Shown: piece after piece, positions 19,447 to 28,192 of the stretch
How positions within the stretch are numbered: position 1 is the stretch's first letter
Layout of the letters: each line of letters starts with the position of its first letter
From: an uncultured Anaerotignum sp.
GTDB taxonomy: Bacteria > Bacillota > Clostridia > Lachnospirales > Anaerotignaceae
Direction: 5' to 3'
DNA: 64,000 nt
NCBI GenBank assembly: GCA_934277605.1
Contig: CAKQVD010000003.1
Span: forward strand, 3,503-67,502
Made by a program: the position numbers and the translations under genes
The notes under the pieces: model-generated
Database searches by the model: none
What the model was told of the DNA's origin: nothing
Seen by the model: the letters and a program-made list of their open reading frames with translations, nothing else

Positions 19447-19476
19447 GAAAGCCCATCGGTTGACCGATGGGCTTTC
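19447..19476. terminator. Bidirectional terminator
   Basis: GAAAGCCCATCGG / CCGATGGGCTTTC perfect palindrome between convergent genes. Confidence 0.85.
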
Positions 19477-19486
19477 CTTTTGATCG

Positions 19487-20875
19487 TTATTCCAATCCCT
19501 CCAACGCTTTTCGTGCGTTGCTGATTTGGTTGGATTCCGGATAATCCTTTATGATTTTGTTATAATATTTCTTTGCGTTTGCCGTGTCCTCTTCTTTTTC
19601 TGCGATCTGTCCCAGATAATAATAGATATCATCGACAAAGTTTTCGTTTGTGGTGTATTTCAAGGCAGTTTCCAAATCGGTTTTGGCTTCGGTGGTGCTA
19701 TTGCTTAAAAATGCACTTTTTCCCTTCGTGTAGTAGGAATCTGCCGCCTTGGGATAAATCTCCGTTTTCACAGAATCATATTTTGCCAAATCCTCATCAC
19801 TAAAACCGACGGTATCAATAGATTCAAAGGTTGTGATGCTTGTTTCATAGTCCCCGTCTGTCATTTGTGCGAGTGCCGTTTCCAAAAGCTCAAGGTTTGC
19901 CTGCTTGTTTTCCTCACTGCGCAACTGCTTGTTTTCCTTTTGCAGCTTTTCCAGCTCAGTTCGCATATTCAGCACCTCATCCGGTGTCATTTTGGTCTTT
20001 CCGGAATAATTATCAACGGCGGTTTGCAGCTCCTTGATTTTTGCATCCTTATTCTCGTTGACGGCAGGCACAACCAGAACCAAAATAACCAAGGCTGAAA
20101 TGGCAAGCCCGATGAAGAACGCAATCATATTGTGCTTTTCAAATACGCTGTTGGTGTAATCCTTCCGCTTATAGCCGGGAAGGGGAGGGGTGCTGTCCGT
20201 CTTTTTGATGCTGACTGCGGCGGAGGATTTGCCTTTCTCCGATTTTTTTGCAGAGGAGAGGGCAGGGCTGCTGCCGATGAGCTGTGCATAATGCAGGGCC
20301 AAGGGGTTGCGGATATCCCGCTGCAGCACAACTTCGTTGAAGTGCTGTGCCCGTTTTAGGTTTTTATCCTCAATACAGCAAAGTGTCATCAGATTATAGG
20401 CATCAATGAAGCTTGAGTTATTATCAATGGATTTTTTCAGCTGAATGATGGCCAAGTCATCACTGCCTTGCTTTAGGTAGGTAATGGCCTGATTATACAT
20501 TCGCACGGCATCATTGCATTTTTCCATTTCTCTTGCGTTTTTTTGCAAATGTGCAATATAGCCTGTGGCCGCATTCCCCTCCGGCAGAATGGAGCTGCTG
20601 ATAATCCAGTGCTTGAGAGCATCGCCAATGCGTCCCATTTCGCAATAGATTAAGCCGAGAAGATTTCTTGCCTGTATGTTGTTTTTATCAAAAAGAAGGC
20701 TTTGCTCCAAGTGTGCTGCCGCACCGGAAAGGTCTTTTTCGCCGGCTAAGGTGAGCGCCTCGTTATAAAGGCGAATGGATGCATTGCGTGCCTTTCGGAA
20801 CACATATACATCTACACCGCAATAGGGACAGCGACAGCCCTCAGAAAATTCAAAATTGCAGTTCGGGCATCTCAT
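19487..20875 (-). CDS. Bitopic membrane protein with N-terminal zinc ribbon and TPR repeats, TM helix, then external coiled coil and TPR repeats
   Basis: CPNC..CPYC at the N-terminus, TPR-like repeats, TM helix MIAFFIGLAISALVILVLVVPAV, coiled coil (ELEKLQKENKQLRSEENK), C-terminal TPR. Confidence 0.75.
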   Translation of the reverse strand: MRCPNCNFEFSEGCRCPYCGVDVYVFRKARNASIRLYNEALTLAGEKDLSGAAAHLEQSLLFDKNNIQARNLLGLIYCEMGRIGDALKHWIISSSILPEGNAATGYIAHLQKNAREMEKCNDAVRMYNQAITYLKQGSDDLAIIQLKKSIDNNSSFIDAYNLMTLCCIEDKNLKRAQHFNEVVLQRDIRNPLALHYAQLIGSSPALSSAKKSEKGKSSAAVSIKKTDSTPPLPGYKRKDYTNSVFEKHNMIAFFIGLAISALVILVLVVPAVNENKDAKIKELQTAVDNYSGKTKMTPDEVLNMRTELEKLQKENKQLRSEENKQANLELLETALAQMTDGDYETSITTFESIDTVGFSDEDLAKYDSVKTEIYPKAADSYYTKGKSAFLSNSTTEAKTDLETALKYTTNENFVDDIYYYLGQIAEKEEDTANAKKYYNKIIKDYPESNQISNARKALEGLE

Positions 20876-20892
20876 GTCATTCTCTCCTTTTC

Positions 20893-21045
20893 TTACTCCT
20901 GATGGGTGGGCTGCTTTTTCTCCTTCGCAATATGCTGTAGGATATCCAGAAGGTCCTGCATCTCAGATGTGTGCAGGGAGGATTCGATGTGGTCGATTTC
21001 CATAATAGGCTGATATCTGCTTAATTCTTCTTTAAAATTAAACAC
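20893..21045 (-). CDS. Candidate small ORF (50 aa, GTG start), below the track threshold
   Basis: GGAGGAA 7 nt upstream of GTG 21045. Translates to MFNFKEELSRYQPIMEIDHIESSLHTSEMQDLLDILQHIAKEKKQPTHQE. Fills the gap between folC and the TPR gene on the same strand. Confidence 0.35.
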   Translation of the reverse strand: MFNFKEELSRYQPIMEIDHIESSLHTSEMQDLLDILQHIAKEKKQPTHQE

Positions 21046-21081
21046 GGGACATTCCTCCGTTTCAAATTACTTTCCGTGTGA

Positions 21082-22377
21082 TTATGCTTTTTGGGTAATG
21101 TGTGTACGCATGGCACCAATCATATATAAGGAGCCACAGCAGAGAATGATTCCGTCTGTTGCGGTCAAGCTATACGCCTTTTCATAGGCGGCCTCGATTT
21201 CCTTTTCCGTATAGACAGTGCCGTTAAAATCAGAAATGGAACGGGCAAAAGAAAAAACATCCAGCTTTCGCTCGCTGTGCGGCTCTGTCAGGATGACAGT
21301 TTCCGCAAAGGGAAGGATTTCCTCCGCCATTTTCTGATATTCCTTGTCTCCCAATACACCGAGAATGAGAGTAACCTTTTTCTCTCTGAAATAAAGGGAG
21401 AGTGATTTTGCAAGCTGCCGAATCCCGTCGGCATTGTGGGCACCGTCCAAAATAACGAGGGGCGCCTTGCCGCAAAGCTCCATTCTGCCTGCCCAACGGG
21501 CATTTTTCAAACCCTCACGCAAGGCTTTTTCGGAAATATGCAGGCCGCATTTTTGCAATACAATGCAAGCCTCCAAAACAGCCAGACAGTTTTCGATTTG
21601 ATAGGAGCCAAGCAGGGATAATTCCAGATTGTGCAAGGATATGTTTTTATTTTTGACAGAAAAAACAGTCCCTTCCAATGTTTGCGAAGCGACGATGATT
21701 TCTGCATCATTCAAGCAATAGAATGGAGCATCCATCCGGTCTGCTACATCCTTAATGATATTATATACTATTTCCTCTTGGGAATACAACACCACAGGAC
21801 AATTTTTCTTAATGATACCGGCCTTTTCCATAGCGATTTTTTCGATGGTATCTCCGAGAAAATCCGTATGGTCAATGCTGATGGACATAATGAGAGAAAG
21901 TAGTGGCGCAGGCAAAACATTTGTGGCATCAAACCTGCCGCCAAGCCCAACCTCCAAAATCAAAACATCCACCTGCTCTTCATAAAAATAATGAAAGGCA
22001 GCACCGGTGGTAATCTCAAAAAGGGTAGGCACAGGCTTGCCCTCTCTTTCCAGTTCCTCGCAAAGCCTGCGAATCAAGGAGATTTCCTTCGCAAAGGCGG
22101 CATCGGAAATTTCCTCTCCGTTGATTTGGTAGCGCTCGTTGTAGCTTTCAAGGTGCGGGGAGGTGTAGGTGCCGACATGATAGCCTGCTTCCTTTAAAAC
22201 AGAAGAAAGCATGGCAACGGCAGAACCCTTCCCGTTTGTTCCTGCAACATGGATGACAGAAAGCTTTTTTTCCGGATTTCCGAGCTTATCACAAAGCAAT
22301 TGTATGCGTTCCAGCCCCGGCACAGAACCAAAGCCGACCTCTTGTTCTAAATAATGGATACACTCCTGATAATTCAC
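21082..22377 (-). CDS. folC: Bifunctional folylpolyglutamate synthase / dihydrofolate synthase
   Basis: GTNGKGS P-loop and Mur-ligase-like fold. GTG 22377 has GGGAGGTGG upstream. The ATG at 22410 and the 502-aa track ORF start lack an RBS. Confidence 0.85.
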   Translation of the reverse strand: MNYQECIHYLEQEVGFGSVPGLERIQLLCDKLGNPEKKLSVIHVAGTNGKGSAVAMLSSVLKEAGYHVGTYTSPHLESYNERYQINGEEISDAAFAKEISLIRRLCEELEREGKPVPTLFEITTGAAFHYFYEEQVDVLILEVGLGGRFDATNVLPAPLLSLIMSISIDHTDFLGDTIEKIAMEKAGIIKKNCPVVLYSQEEIVYNIIKDVADRMDAPFYCLNDAEIIVASQTLEGTVFSVKNKNISLHNLELSLLGSYQIENCLAVLEACIVLQKCGLHISEKALREGLKNARWAGRMELCGKAPLVILDGAHNADGIRQLAKSLSLYFREKKVTLILGVLGDKEYQKMAEEILPFAETVILTEPHSERKLDVFSFARSISDFNGTVYTEKEIEAAYEKAYSLTATDGIILCCGSLYMIGAMRTHITQKA

Positions 22378-22553
22378 AGGCCCACCTCCCGAAATTTGTC
22401 TATTCTTCATTATAGCAAAGCCGCTGAATTGTGCAAGAACCTTAATAAAATTGAAAAGAAAAAATCTGTTCCTCCTGTCGAAAAAGAAAAGGTTGTGTGC
22501 CATGAAAGAAAACGGTATAATGATATGATGGAATAAAGAAAGGAGCATCATAT

Positions 22554-24005
22554 ATGGATGATAGATTAGATAAAGAGGGCGCAGATACACAATATCCGCA
22601 CAGAGAAAGCCATATCACAGAGGGGCATACCAGATATCCCGTCAGAGAGGAACGCCGTCCGCTGCGTTTTTCTTCGGAGCATCGCAGTGCGGTTGAACGA
22701 AGGGATGAAACAGAAAACGACATGACTGCCTATGAACAGCGGACAGCCGCAAGAAGAAGCGAATATTTGCATAGCACCTATGAGCAGGAGCAGCACCGCC
22801 AAGACGAGCGGGAGAGGAAGGAGGCATACAAAAGAGAGATGCCCAAAAGAGAGATACCCAAAAGAGAGCCATCTCCGAGAGAAGAATATGCCTATGCGGA
22901 CAAGCCTGCAAGAGCGCAGAAGGCAAGAGGAAATGCACAGGGAAAGAAAAAGCACCGCAAAAAACGTCATCTCACCCGTTTTTCCAAGGGGCTGATTCTT
23001 GCTGTGATTGCGTTAATCATTGGGATTGGCTCCTTTGCTTTTATGAGCCACATGATGAATCCGCCAGAGGAAGAGGTACAGCTGAGCGGGAAAACCGTAT
23101 CGGTTACCATTCCGGAGGGGGCAAGCACAGATGCGATTGCACAGATTTTGAAGGAAAACAAGCTGATTCACAGTGTATTCGGCTTTAAGCTGACCAGTAA
23201 GCTGGAGGGCTTTGACGGTACCTATAAGCAGGGCACCTATGATATTGATACCGGCTTAACCAAGCGTCAGATTATGGAGCTTTTGCAGAGCGGTAAAATT
23301 GCAGTGAATTTGAAAATAACGATTCCCGAGGGCTATACTGTAAAGCAGATTGCGGCAAAGGTTGCGGAAACGGAGCTTTGTACGGCGGATGAATTTATTG
23401 AGGAATGTAACAAAGGAAGCTTTTCCTATGATTTCTTGAAGGATTTGCCCGATAGAGAATATAAGCTGGAGGGCTATCTCTTTCCCGACACCTATTTCCT
23501 GCAGGAAGGCATGACTGCACATGATATCATTGATGCCATGCTGGCAAGATTTGATAAAATGTATACAAAGGAATATCAGCAGGCTGTTACGGACAGTGGA
23601 TACACATTGGATGAAATCGTAACCATTGCCTCTATGATTGAAAAGGAAATTAAGGTGGAATCGGAGCGTCCCACTGCGGCAGGCGTAATTTATAACCGTT
23701 TGAAAGACAATATGTCCTTGGGCATTGATGCAACTGTGCTTTATGCCGTGGGGAAAACAGGCGGAGAGCTTACAAGTGCGGATTTGGAGACAGATTCCCC
23801 TTATAATACCCGTAAAAACAAGGGCTTGCCCTTAGGCCCGATTGCAAACCCCGGCGAGTCTTCCTTTAAAGCGGCGCTGTATCCGGAGGATAACAGCTAT
23901 CTCTATTATGTGGTTGAGGCAGTGGGCAAGGATAACCATGTATATTGCGAAACCTATGATGAATTTTTGGCGGCAAAAAGAGCATATAACGCCAGTGTCC
24001 AGTAA
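22554..24005 (+). CDS. mltG: Endolytic murein transglycosylase MltG (YceG-like) with a long charged N-terminal extension
   Basis: TM helix LILAVIALIIGIGSFAF, YceG core with ASMIEKE and LPLGPIANPG. About 140 aa of Arg/Glu/Lys-rich low-complexity N-terminus. Confidence 0.85.
   Translation: MDDRLDKEGADTQYPHRESHITEGHTRYPVREERRPLRFSSEHRSAVERRDETENDMTAYEQRTAARRSEYLHSTYEQEQHRQDERERKEAYKREMPKREIPKREPSPREEYAYADKPARAQKARGNAQGKKKHRKKRHLTRFSKGLILAVIALIIGIGSFAFMSHMMNPPEEEVQLSGKTVSVTIPEGASTDAIAQILKENKLIHSVFGFKLTSKLEGFDGTYKQGTYDIDTGLTKRQIMELLQSGKIAVNLKITIPEGYTVKQIAAKVAETELCTADEFIEECNKGSFSYDFLKDLPDREYKLEGYLFPDTYFLQEGMTAHDIIDAMLARFDKMYTKEYQQAVTDSGYTLDEIVTIASMIEKEIKVESERPTAAGVIYNRLKDNMSLGIDATVLYAVGKTGGELTSADLETDSPYNTRKNKGLPLGPIANPGESSFKAALYPEDNSYLYYVVEAVGKDNHVYCETYDEFLAAKRAYNASVQ
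22830..22874 (+). repeat. In-frame 15-nt x3 tandem repeat inside mltG (KREMP-KREIP-KREPS)
   Basis: AAAAGAGAGATGCCC / AAAAGAGAGATACCC / AAAAGAGAGCCATCT. Confidence 0.8.
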
Positions 24006-24023
24006 GAATTAGGAGAGAAGAAA

Positions 24024-24722
24024 ATGAATTATGTAACCGATGATACGATGAACGCCTATCTGCGCAGCGTACAGCCGTTGTATGATGGCGTTTTGGGCGA
24101 GATTCAGAAAGAGGCAATTGCGGCAGAGGTGCCGATTGTACCGCCTGAGGTGGCACGCCTGTTGAGTGTCCTCTTGACGATGCAGAAACCGAAAAATATT
24201 TTGGAAATCGGCACAGCAGTTGCCTTTTCCGCAGGGCTGATGTGCCGTTATCTGCCCGAGGACGGCACAGTCACAACCATTGACCGCTATGAAGTGATGC
24301 TCAAGGATGCCCGTGTGAATATCGAACGAATGGGCTTGCAGGATAAAATCAAAATCTTGGAGGGGGATGCGGCAGATATTCTGCCAACATTGGAAGGCCC
24401 TTATGATGTTATTTTTATGGATGCGGCAAAGGGACAGTATCAGGCCTTTTTACCGCATTGCCTGCGTCTTTTGTCCGTCGGGGGATTGCTGATTGTAGAT
24501 GATGTGCTGCAGGGCGGTACGATTGCGCAAACCCGTTTCAGTGTGCCGCGCAGACAGCGTACCATTCATAAGCGCTTGCGTAATTTCCTTTGGGAGATTA
24601 CCCACCATGACGCCCTGGAAACCTCTATCATTCCCATTGGGGATGGAGTGGCACTGTGCTACAAAAAGAAGGAAATCAGCCTTGAAGCAAAAACAGAAGG
24701 AGAAACCGATGATGCAGAATAA
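24024..24722 (+). CDS. Class I SAM-dependent O-methyltransferase (YrrM/TrmR-like)
   Basis: SAM-binding LEIGTAVAFSA and FMDAAK. Conserved position after mltG, as in B. subtilis yrrL-yrrM. Confidence 0.75.
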   Translation: MNYVTDDTMNAYLRSVQPLYDGVLGEIQKEAIAAEVPIVPPEVARLLSVLLTMQKPKNILEIGTAVAFSAGLMCRYLPEDGTVTTIDRYEVMLKDARVNIERMGLQDKIKILEGDAADILPTLEGPYDVIFMDAAKGQYQAFLPHCLRLLSVGGLLIVDDVLQGGTIAQTRFSVPRRQRTIHKRLRNFLWEITHHDALETSIIPIGDGVALCYKKKEISLEAKTEGETDDAE

Positions 24723-25962
24723 AAAGAAAATGGAATTGCTGGCCCCTGCCGGCGATTTGGAAAAATTGAAAATTGCCGTATTATACGGCGCAGATGCCGT
24801 TTATATCGGCGGAGAGGCGTATGGCCTGCGTGCCAAGGCAAAGAATTTTGATATGGATACCATGGCGGAGGGTGTAAAATTCGCTCATGCGCATGGTGTA
24901 AAGGTTTATGTGACAGCCAACATTTTTGCACATAACCCCGATTTTGAGGGGATGGCGGAATATTTCCAAGCAGTTGAGAAAATCGGCGTGGATGCACTGA
25001 TTATTTCTGATTTGGGTGTATTTTCCGTTGCAAAGGAAGCAGTTCCGAATATGGAAATTCACGTTTCCACGCAGGCAAATAATACGAACTACAAATCCGC
25101 ACAAATGTGGCATCGGTTGGGCGCACAGCGTGTTGTGGTCGCAAGAGAGCTTTCCATGAAGGAAATCCGTGAAATTCGGGACAGTATTCCCGCAGATATG
25201 GAAATTGAAGCCTTCGTGCATGGCGCCATGTGCATTTCCTATTCCGGCAGATGCCTCTTGAGCAATTATCTTGCGGGCAGAGATGCCAATAAGGGTGCCT
25301 GCGCACATCCCTGCCGCTGGAAATATCATTTGGTGGAGGAGACCAGACCGGGCGAATATATGCCGATTGAGGAAAACGAAAGAGGAACCTATATTTATAA
25401 TTCCAAAGACCTTTGTATGATTGAGCATATCCCCGATGTTGAGAGGGCAGGCATTTATAGCTTGAAAATTGAGGGACGCATGAAAACACCGTTTTATGTC
25501 GGCACGGTTGTGAAGGCATACAGACAGGCGATTGATGATTATTTTACAGATCCTAAGCTTTATGAGGAGCGCCTGCCGTATTATTTGGCAGAGGTTTCCA
25601 AGGCAAGCCACAGAGATTACACCACAGCCTTTTATTATGGCAAGCCGGACGGCAATCAGCAGGTGTATACCAATAATTCCTATATCCGTGAATATGATTT
25701 TATCGGCATGGTGCAGGAGGATTGGGATGAGGAAACAGGCTTTGCATTGGTTGAGCAGAGAAACAAATTTTCTGTCGGAGAGGAAATTGAGGTTATGCCT
25801 GCGAAGGACGATTCCTATGCCATGAAGGTAACGGAAATCCGCAACCAAAACGGCGAAGCCGTTGTATCCGCACCACACCCGCAGGAGCTGCTGCAGGTGA
25901 AATTTGAGAAGCCTGTGAAGAAATTTGATATGCTGCGCAAGGTTCCTTCGGATGCAAAATAA
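24709..25962 (+). CDS. Peptidase U32 family protein (YrrN/YrrO / TrhP-like)
   Basis: ELLAPAG N-terminus and U32 signature EAFVHGAMCISYSGRCLLS. ATG 24709 behind GAAGGAGA, overlapping the methyltransferase stop. The upstream part of the track ORF is spurious. Confidence 0.85.
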   Translation: MMQNKKKMELLAPAGDLEKLKIAVLYGADAVYIGGEAYGLRAKAKNFDMDTMAEGVKFAHAHGVKVYVTANIFAHNPDFEGMAEYFQAVEKIGVDALIISDLGVFSVAKEAVPNMEIHVSTQANNTNYKSAQMWHRLGAQRVVVARELSMKEIREIRDSIPADMEIEAFVHGAMCISYSGRCLLSNYLAGRDANKGACAHPCRWKYHLVEETRPGEYMPIEENERGTYIYNSKDLCMIEHIPDVERAGIYSLKIEGRMKTPFYVGTVVKAYRQAIDDYFTDPKLYEERLPYYLAEVSKASHRDYTTAFYYGKPDGNQQVYTNNSYIREYDFIGMVQEDWDEETGFALVEQRNKFSVGEEIEVMPAKDDSYAMKVTEIRNQNGEAVVSAPHPQELLQVKFEKPVKKFDMLRKVPSDAK

Positions 25963-25982
25963 TTTGTTCGGATGCAAAATAA
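25947..25982 (+). repeat. Direct duplication of the last 16 nt of the U32 gene (TTCGGATGCAAAATAA x2, period 20)
   Basis: Copies at 25947-25962 (includes the stop codon) and 25967-25982. Confidence 0.9.
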
Positions 25983-26049
25983 CTCTTGATTTTTTTTCAA
26001 AAAAAAGCTACCATAATAGAGTATTCTAAAGGAAAGAACGGTAAAACTT

Positions 26050-26475
26050 ATGGAACTTACACAATGTATCAATTACTTATTAACAACTTCACAGCATACA
26101 GTTTTTCAATATTTGAGCGGTAAGCTTTCCGAATATGATTTAACCCCTTCACAATATGGGGTGTTAAGCTGTTTGTGGCAAAGGGATTTTGCAACACCAA
26201 AGCAAATTTCCGAAATTTTATGCTTGGAAACCTCGACGATTTCCGGTGTTCTGGATCGTATGCAGAAAAAAGGACTGATTGACCGAGTAATCAATCGGGA
26301 GGACAGGAGAGAGGTTCGTGTTGTGCCGACAGAAAAGGGAAAGCAACTGCAAGAGCCGATTACGGAAATTATTGATAAGGTAAATGAAGAGGTTTTGAAG
26401 TGTTTTACAGAGGAAGAAGTAACCGCCTTAAAAAATGCACTGCGTTTGATTGCAGATGGCAGCCACTTTAAATAA
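26050..26475 (+). CDS. MarR-family transcriptional regulator
   Basis: 141 aa with a winged helix-turn-helix (TPSQYGVLSCLW..PKQISEILCLETSTISGVLDRMQKKGLI). Confidence 0.85.
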   Translation: MELTQCINYLLTTSQHTVFQYLSGKLSEYDLTPSQYGVLSCLWQRDFATPKQISEILCLETSTISGVLDRMQKKGLIDRVINREDRREVRVVPTEKGKQLQEPITEIIDKVNEEVLKCFTEEEVTALKNALRLIADGSHFK

Positions 26476-26554
26476 AAGAGAAGCAAAGCAGTTCTGAGAA
26501 ATCGGGGCTGCTTTTTTTGTGTGAAAAAGGATATGTAGCAGGGCAATGCCCTGT

Positions 26555-27235
26555 TTATTGCTGAAAGGCGGCACGCAGCTTTTTGAGCGCCTTTTTTTCG
26601 ATCCGGGAGATGTAGGAGCGGGAAAGACCGAGCCGAGCGGCAATCTCCTGCTGCGTCAGCTCATCCTGTCCCCATAATCCGTAACGATAGATGATAACAA
26701 ATTGCTCTCGCCTGCTCAGCCGCTTTTGCACCGCTTGCAGCATTTTTTTGGATTCTACGGCAAGATGAAGCTGCTCCGCAAAATCGGGAGTTTCGCTGTT
26801 GATGATATCCAGGATTACAATTTCATTTCCATCCCTGTCTGTGCCAATCGGCTCATAAAGGGAAATATCATTTTGAAATTTTTTGGAAAACCGCAGAGAC
26901 ATCAAAATTTCGTTTTCAATACACCGAGAGGCATACGTCGCAAGACGTATGCTTTTTTCGTTGTCATAAGAAAGAATTGCCTTAATCAGACCGACAATGC
27001 CAATGGAGATCAGCTCCTCCGGCTCTCGATGTGTGCTGGTGTATTTTTTTGCAATGTGGGCAACCAGCCGCAGATTATGCAAAATGAGTGTTTGCTTGGC
27101 GGTTTCCCTTTCGGCATCTGTTCCGTCCCGAAAGGAGAGCAGAAGCCGCTTTTCCTCCTCCTTGGAAAGAGGCTGCGGGAAGGAGCCGCCTGAAGAAAAG
27201 GCACATAACAGGGGTATCAATAAAAGAGAAAGCAC
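26555..27235 (-). CDS. sigK: RNA polymerase sporulation sigma factor SigK (pro-sigma-K), uninterrupted
   Basis: FPQPLSKEEE and HNLRLVAHIAKKY match B. subtilis SigK rather than SigE. CIENEILM and RSYISRIEKKAL are present. GTG 27235 has GGAGG 7 nt upstream, giving a hydrophobic pro-sequence of about 20 aa. Confidence 0.85.
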   Translation of the reverse strand: MLSLLLIPLLCAFSSGGSFPQPLSKEEEKRLLLSFRDGTDAERETAKQTLILHNLRLVAHIAKKYTSTHREPEELISIGIVGLIKAILSYDNEKSIRLATYASRCIENEILMSLRFSKKFQNDISLYEPIGTDRDGNEIVILDIINSETPDFAEQLHLAVESKKMLQAVQKRLSRREQFVIIYRYGLWGQDELTQQEIAARLGLSRSYISRIEKKALKKLRAAFQQ

Positions 27236-27410
27236 AGGCACACCTCCGAATAAAAGGGGATACTTTATACTATGGCGAAGTGCTGTTGTCTGTGCGTGTC
27301 TGAATGGAAGTTTTCCTGTCCAATTTTTAAAGCAGGGGGCGAAAGTTGCGGTCAAAAGAGAAAAAAACAAGCATGGAATCATGTATGCTTTTGGAAAGGA
27401 GGAATTTTTT

Positions 27411-27770
27411 ATGGAATTAAAATTTAAACGGAAAAATAAAACACTGATTATATTGATAGCGGGAGAAATTGATCATCATACGGCGAAGGAGCTACGCTGT
27501 AAAACGGAGAGTGCCTTAGAGCAGATGGGCGGAAAAAACATTGTCTTTGGCTTTGCGGAGGTTTCCTTTATGGATAGCTCAGGCATTGGCGTGATGATTG
27601 GCAGATATAAGCAAATTCAGGCACTCGGCGGAAGGATTGCCATTGCCTGTCCAAATGAAAAAATAGAGGAAATCCTTTGCCTTTCCGGCTTATCTCGTTT
27701 GTTGCCGTCCTTCCTATCCATAGAAGCGGCGGTAGCCTATACAGAGGGGAGGGAATCGGATGCGGTTTGA
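27411..27770 (+). CDS. spoIIAA: Anti-sigma-F factor antagonist SpoIIAA (STAS domain)
   Basis: ATG 27411 behind AAAGGAGG. STAS motif with phosphorylatable Ser in FMDSSGIGV. Overlaps the spoIIAB start. Confidence 0.88.
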   Translation: MELKFKRKNKTLIILIAGEIDHHTAKELRCKTESALEQMGGKNIVFGFAEVSFMDSSGIGVMIGRYKQIQALGGRIAIACPNEKIEEILCLSGLSRLLPSFLSIEAAVAYTEGRESDAV

Positions 27771-28188
27771 AAATGAAGCAAGGGTATTTTTTCGTGCAAA
27801 ATCAGAAAACGAAGGCTTTGCCCGCTTATTTGCGGCAGGCTTTTTGACACAGCTTGACCCAACCATTTCGGAGCTGACGGATGTCAAAACGGCTGTTTCG
27901 GAGGCGGTTACCAATGCGATTATCCATGGCTATGAGGAAAAGGAGGGCTTGGTTGAGCTTTTCTGTGCCTATGCAGGCCGAAAAATCTACATAGAGGTTG
28001 CGGATAAGGGCAGGGGAATTGAAAATATTGCAAGGGCAAGAGAGCCGCTGTATACCTCAAAGCCTGAGCTGGAGCGTTCCGGTATGGGCTTTACGATTAT
28101 GGAGACCTTCATGGAGGGTGTTCGGATCGAAAGCCGCATAGGAGAAGGCACACGCATTTTCATGGAAAAAACACTGGCAAAGGAGTGA
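27760..28188 (+). CDS. spoIIAB: Anti-sigma-F factor SpoIIAB (serine kinase)
   Basis: HATPase_c motifs EAVTNAIIHGY, DKGRGI, GMGFTIM. Confidence 0.9.
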   Translation: MRFENEARVFFRAKSENEGFARLFAAGFLTQLDPTISELTDVKTAVSEAVTNAIIHGYEEKEGLVELFCAYAGRKIYIEVADKGRGIENIARAREPLYTSKPELERSGMGFTIMETFMEGVRIESRIGEGTRIFMEKTLAKE

Positions 28189-28192
28189 TTCC

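Noticed and set aside
22378-22590. N-terminal extension of the folC ORF (track start 22590; alternative ATG 22410)
   Set aside because: The extension has no RBS and hydrophobic nonsense composition. GTG 22377 has GGGAGGTGG upstream and gives a normal FolC N-terminus.
26997-27410. N-terminal 138 aa of the 257-aa track ORF containing spoIIAA
   Set aside because: This part is antisense to sigK. The real SpoIIAA starts at ATG 27411 behind AAAGGAGG and has the normal ~119-aa STAS length.
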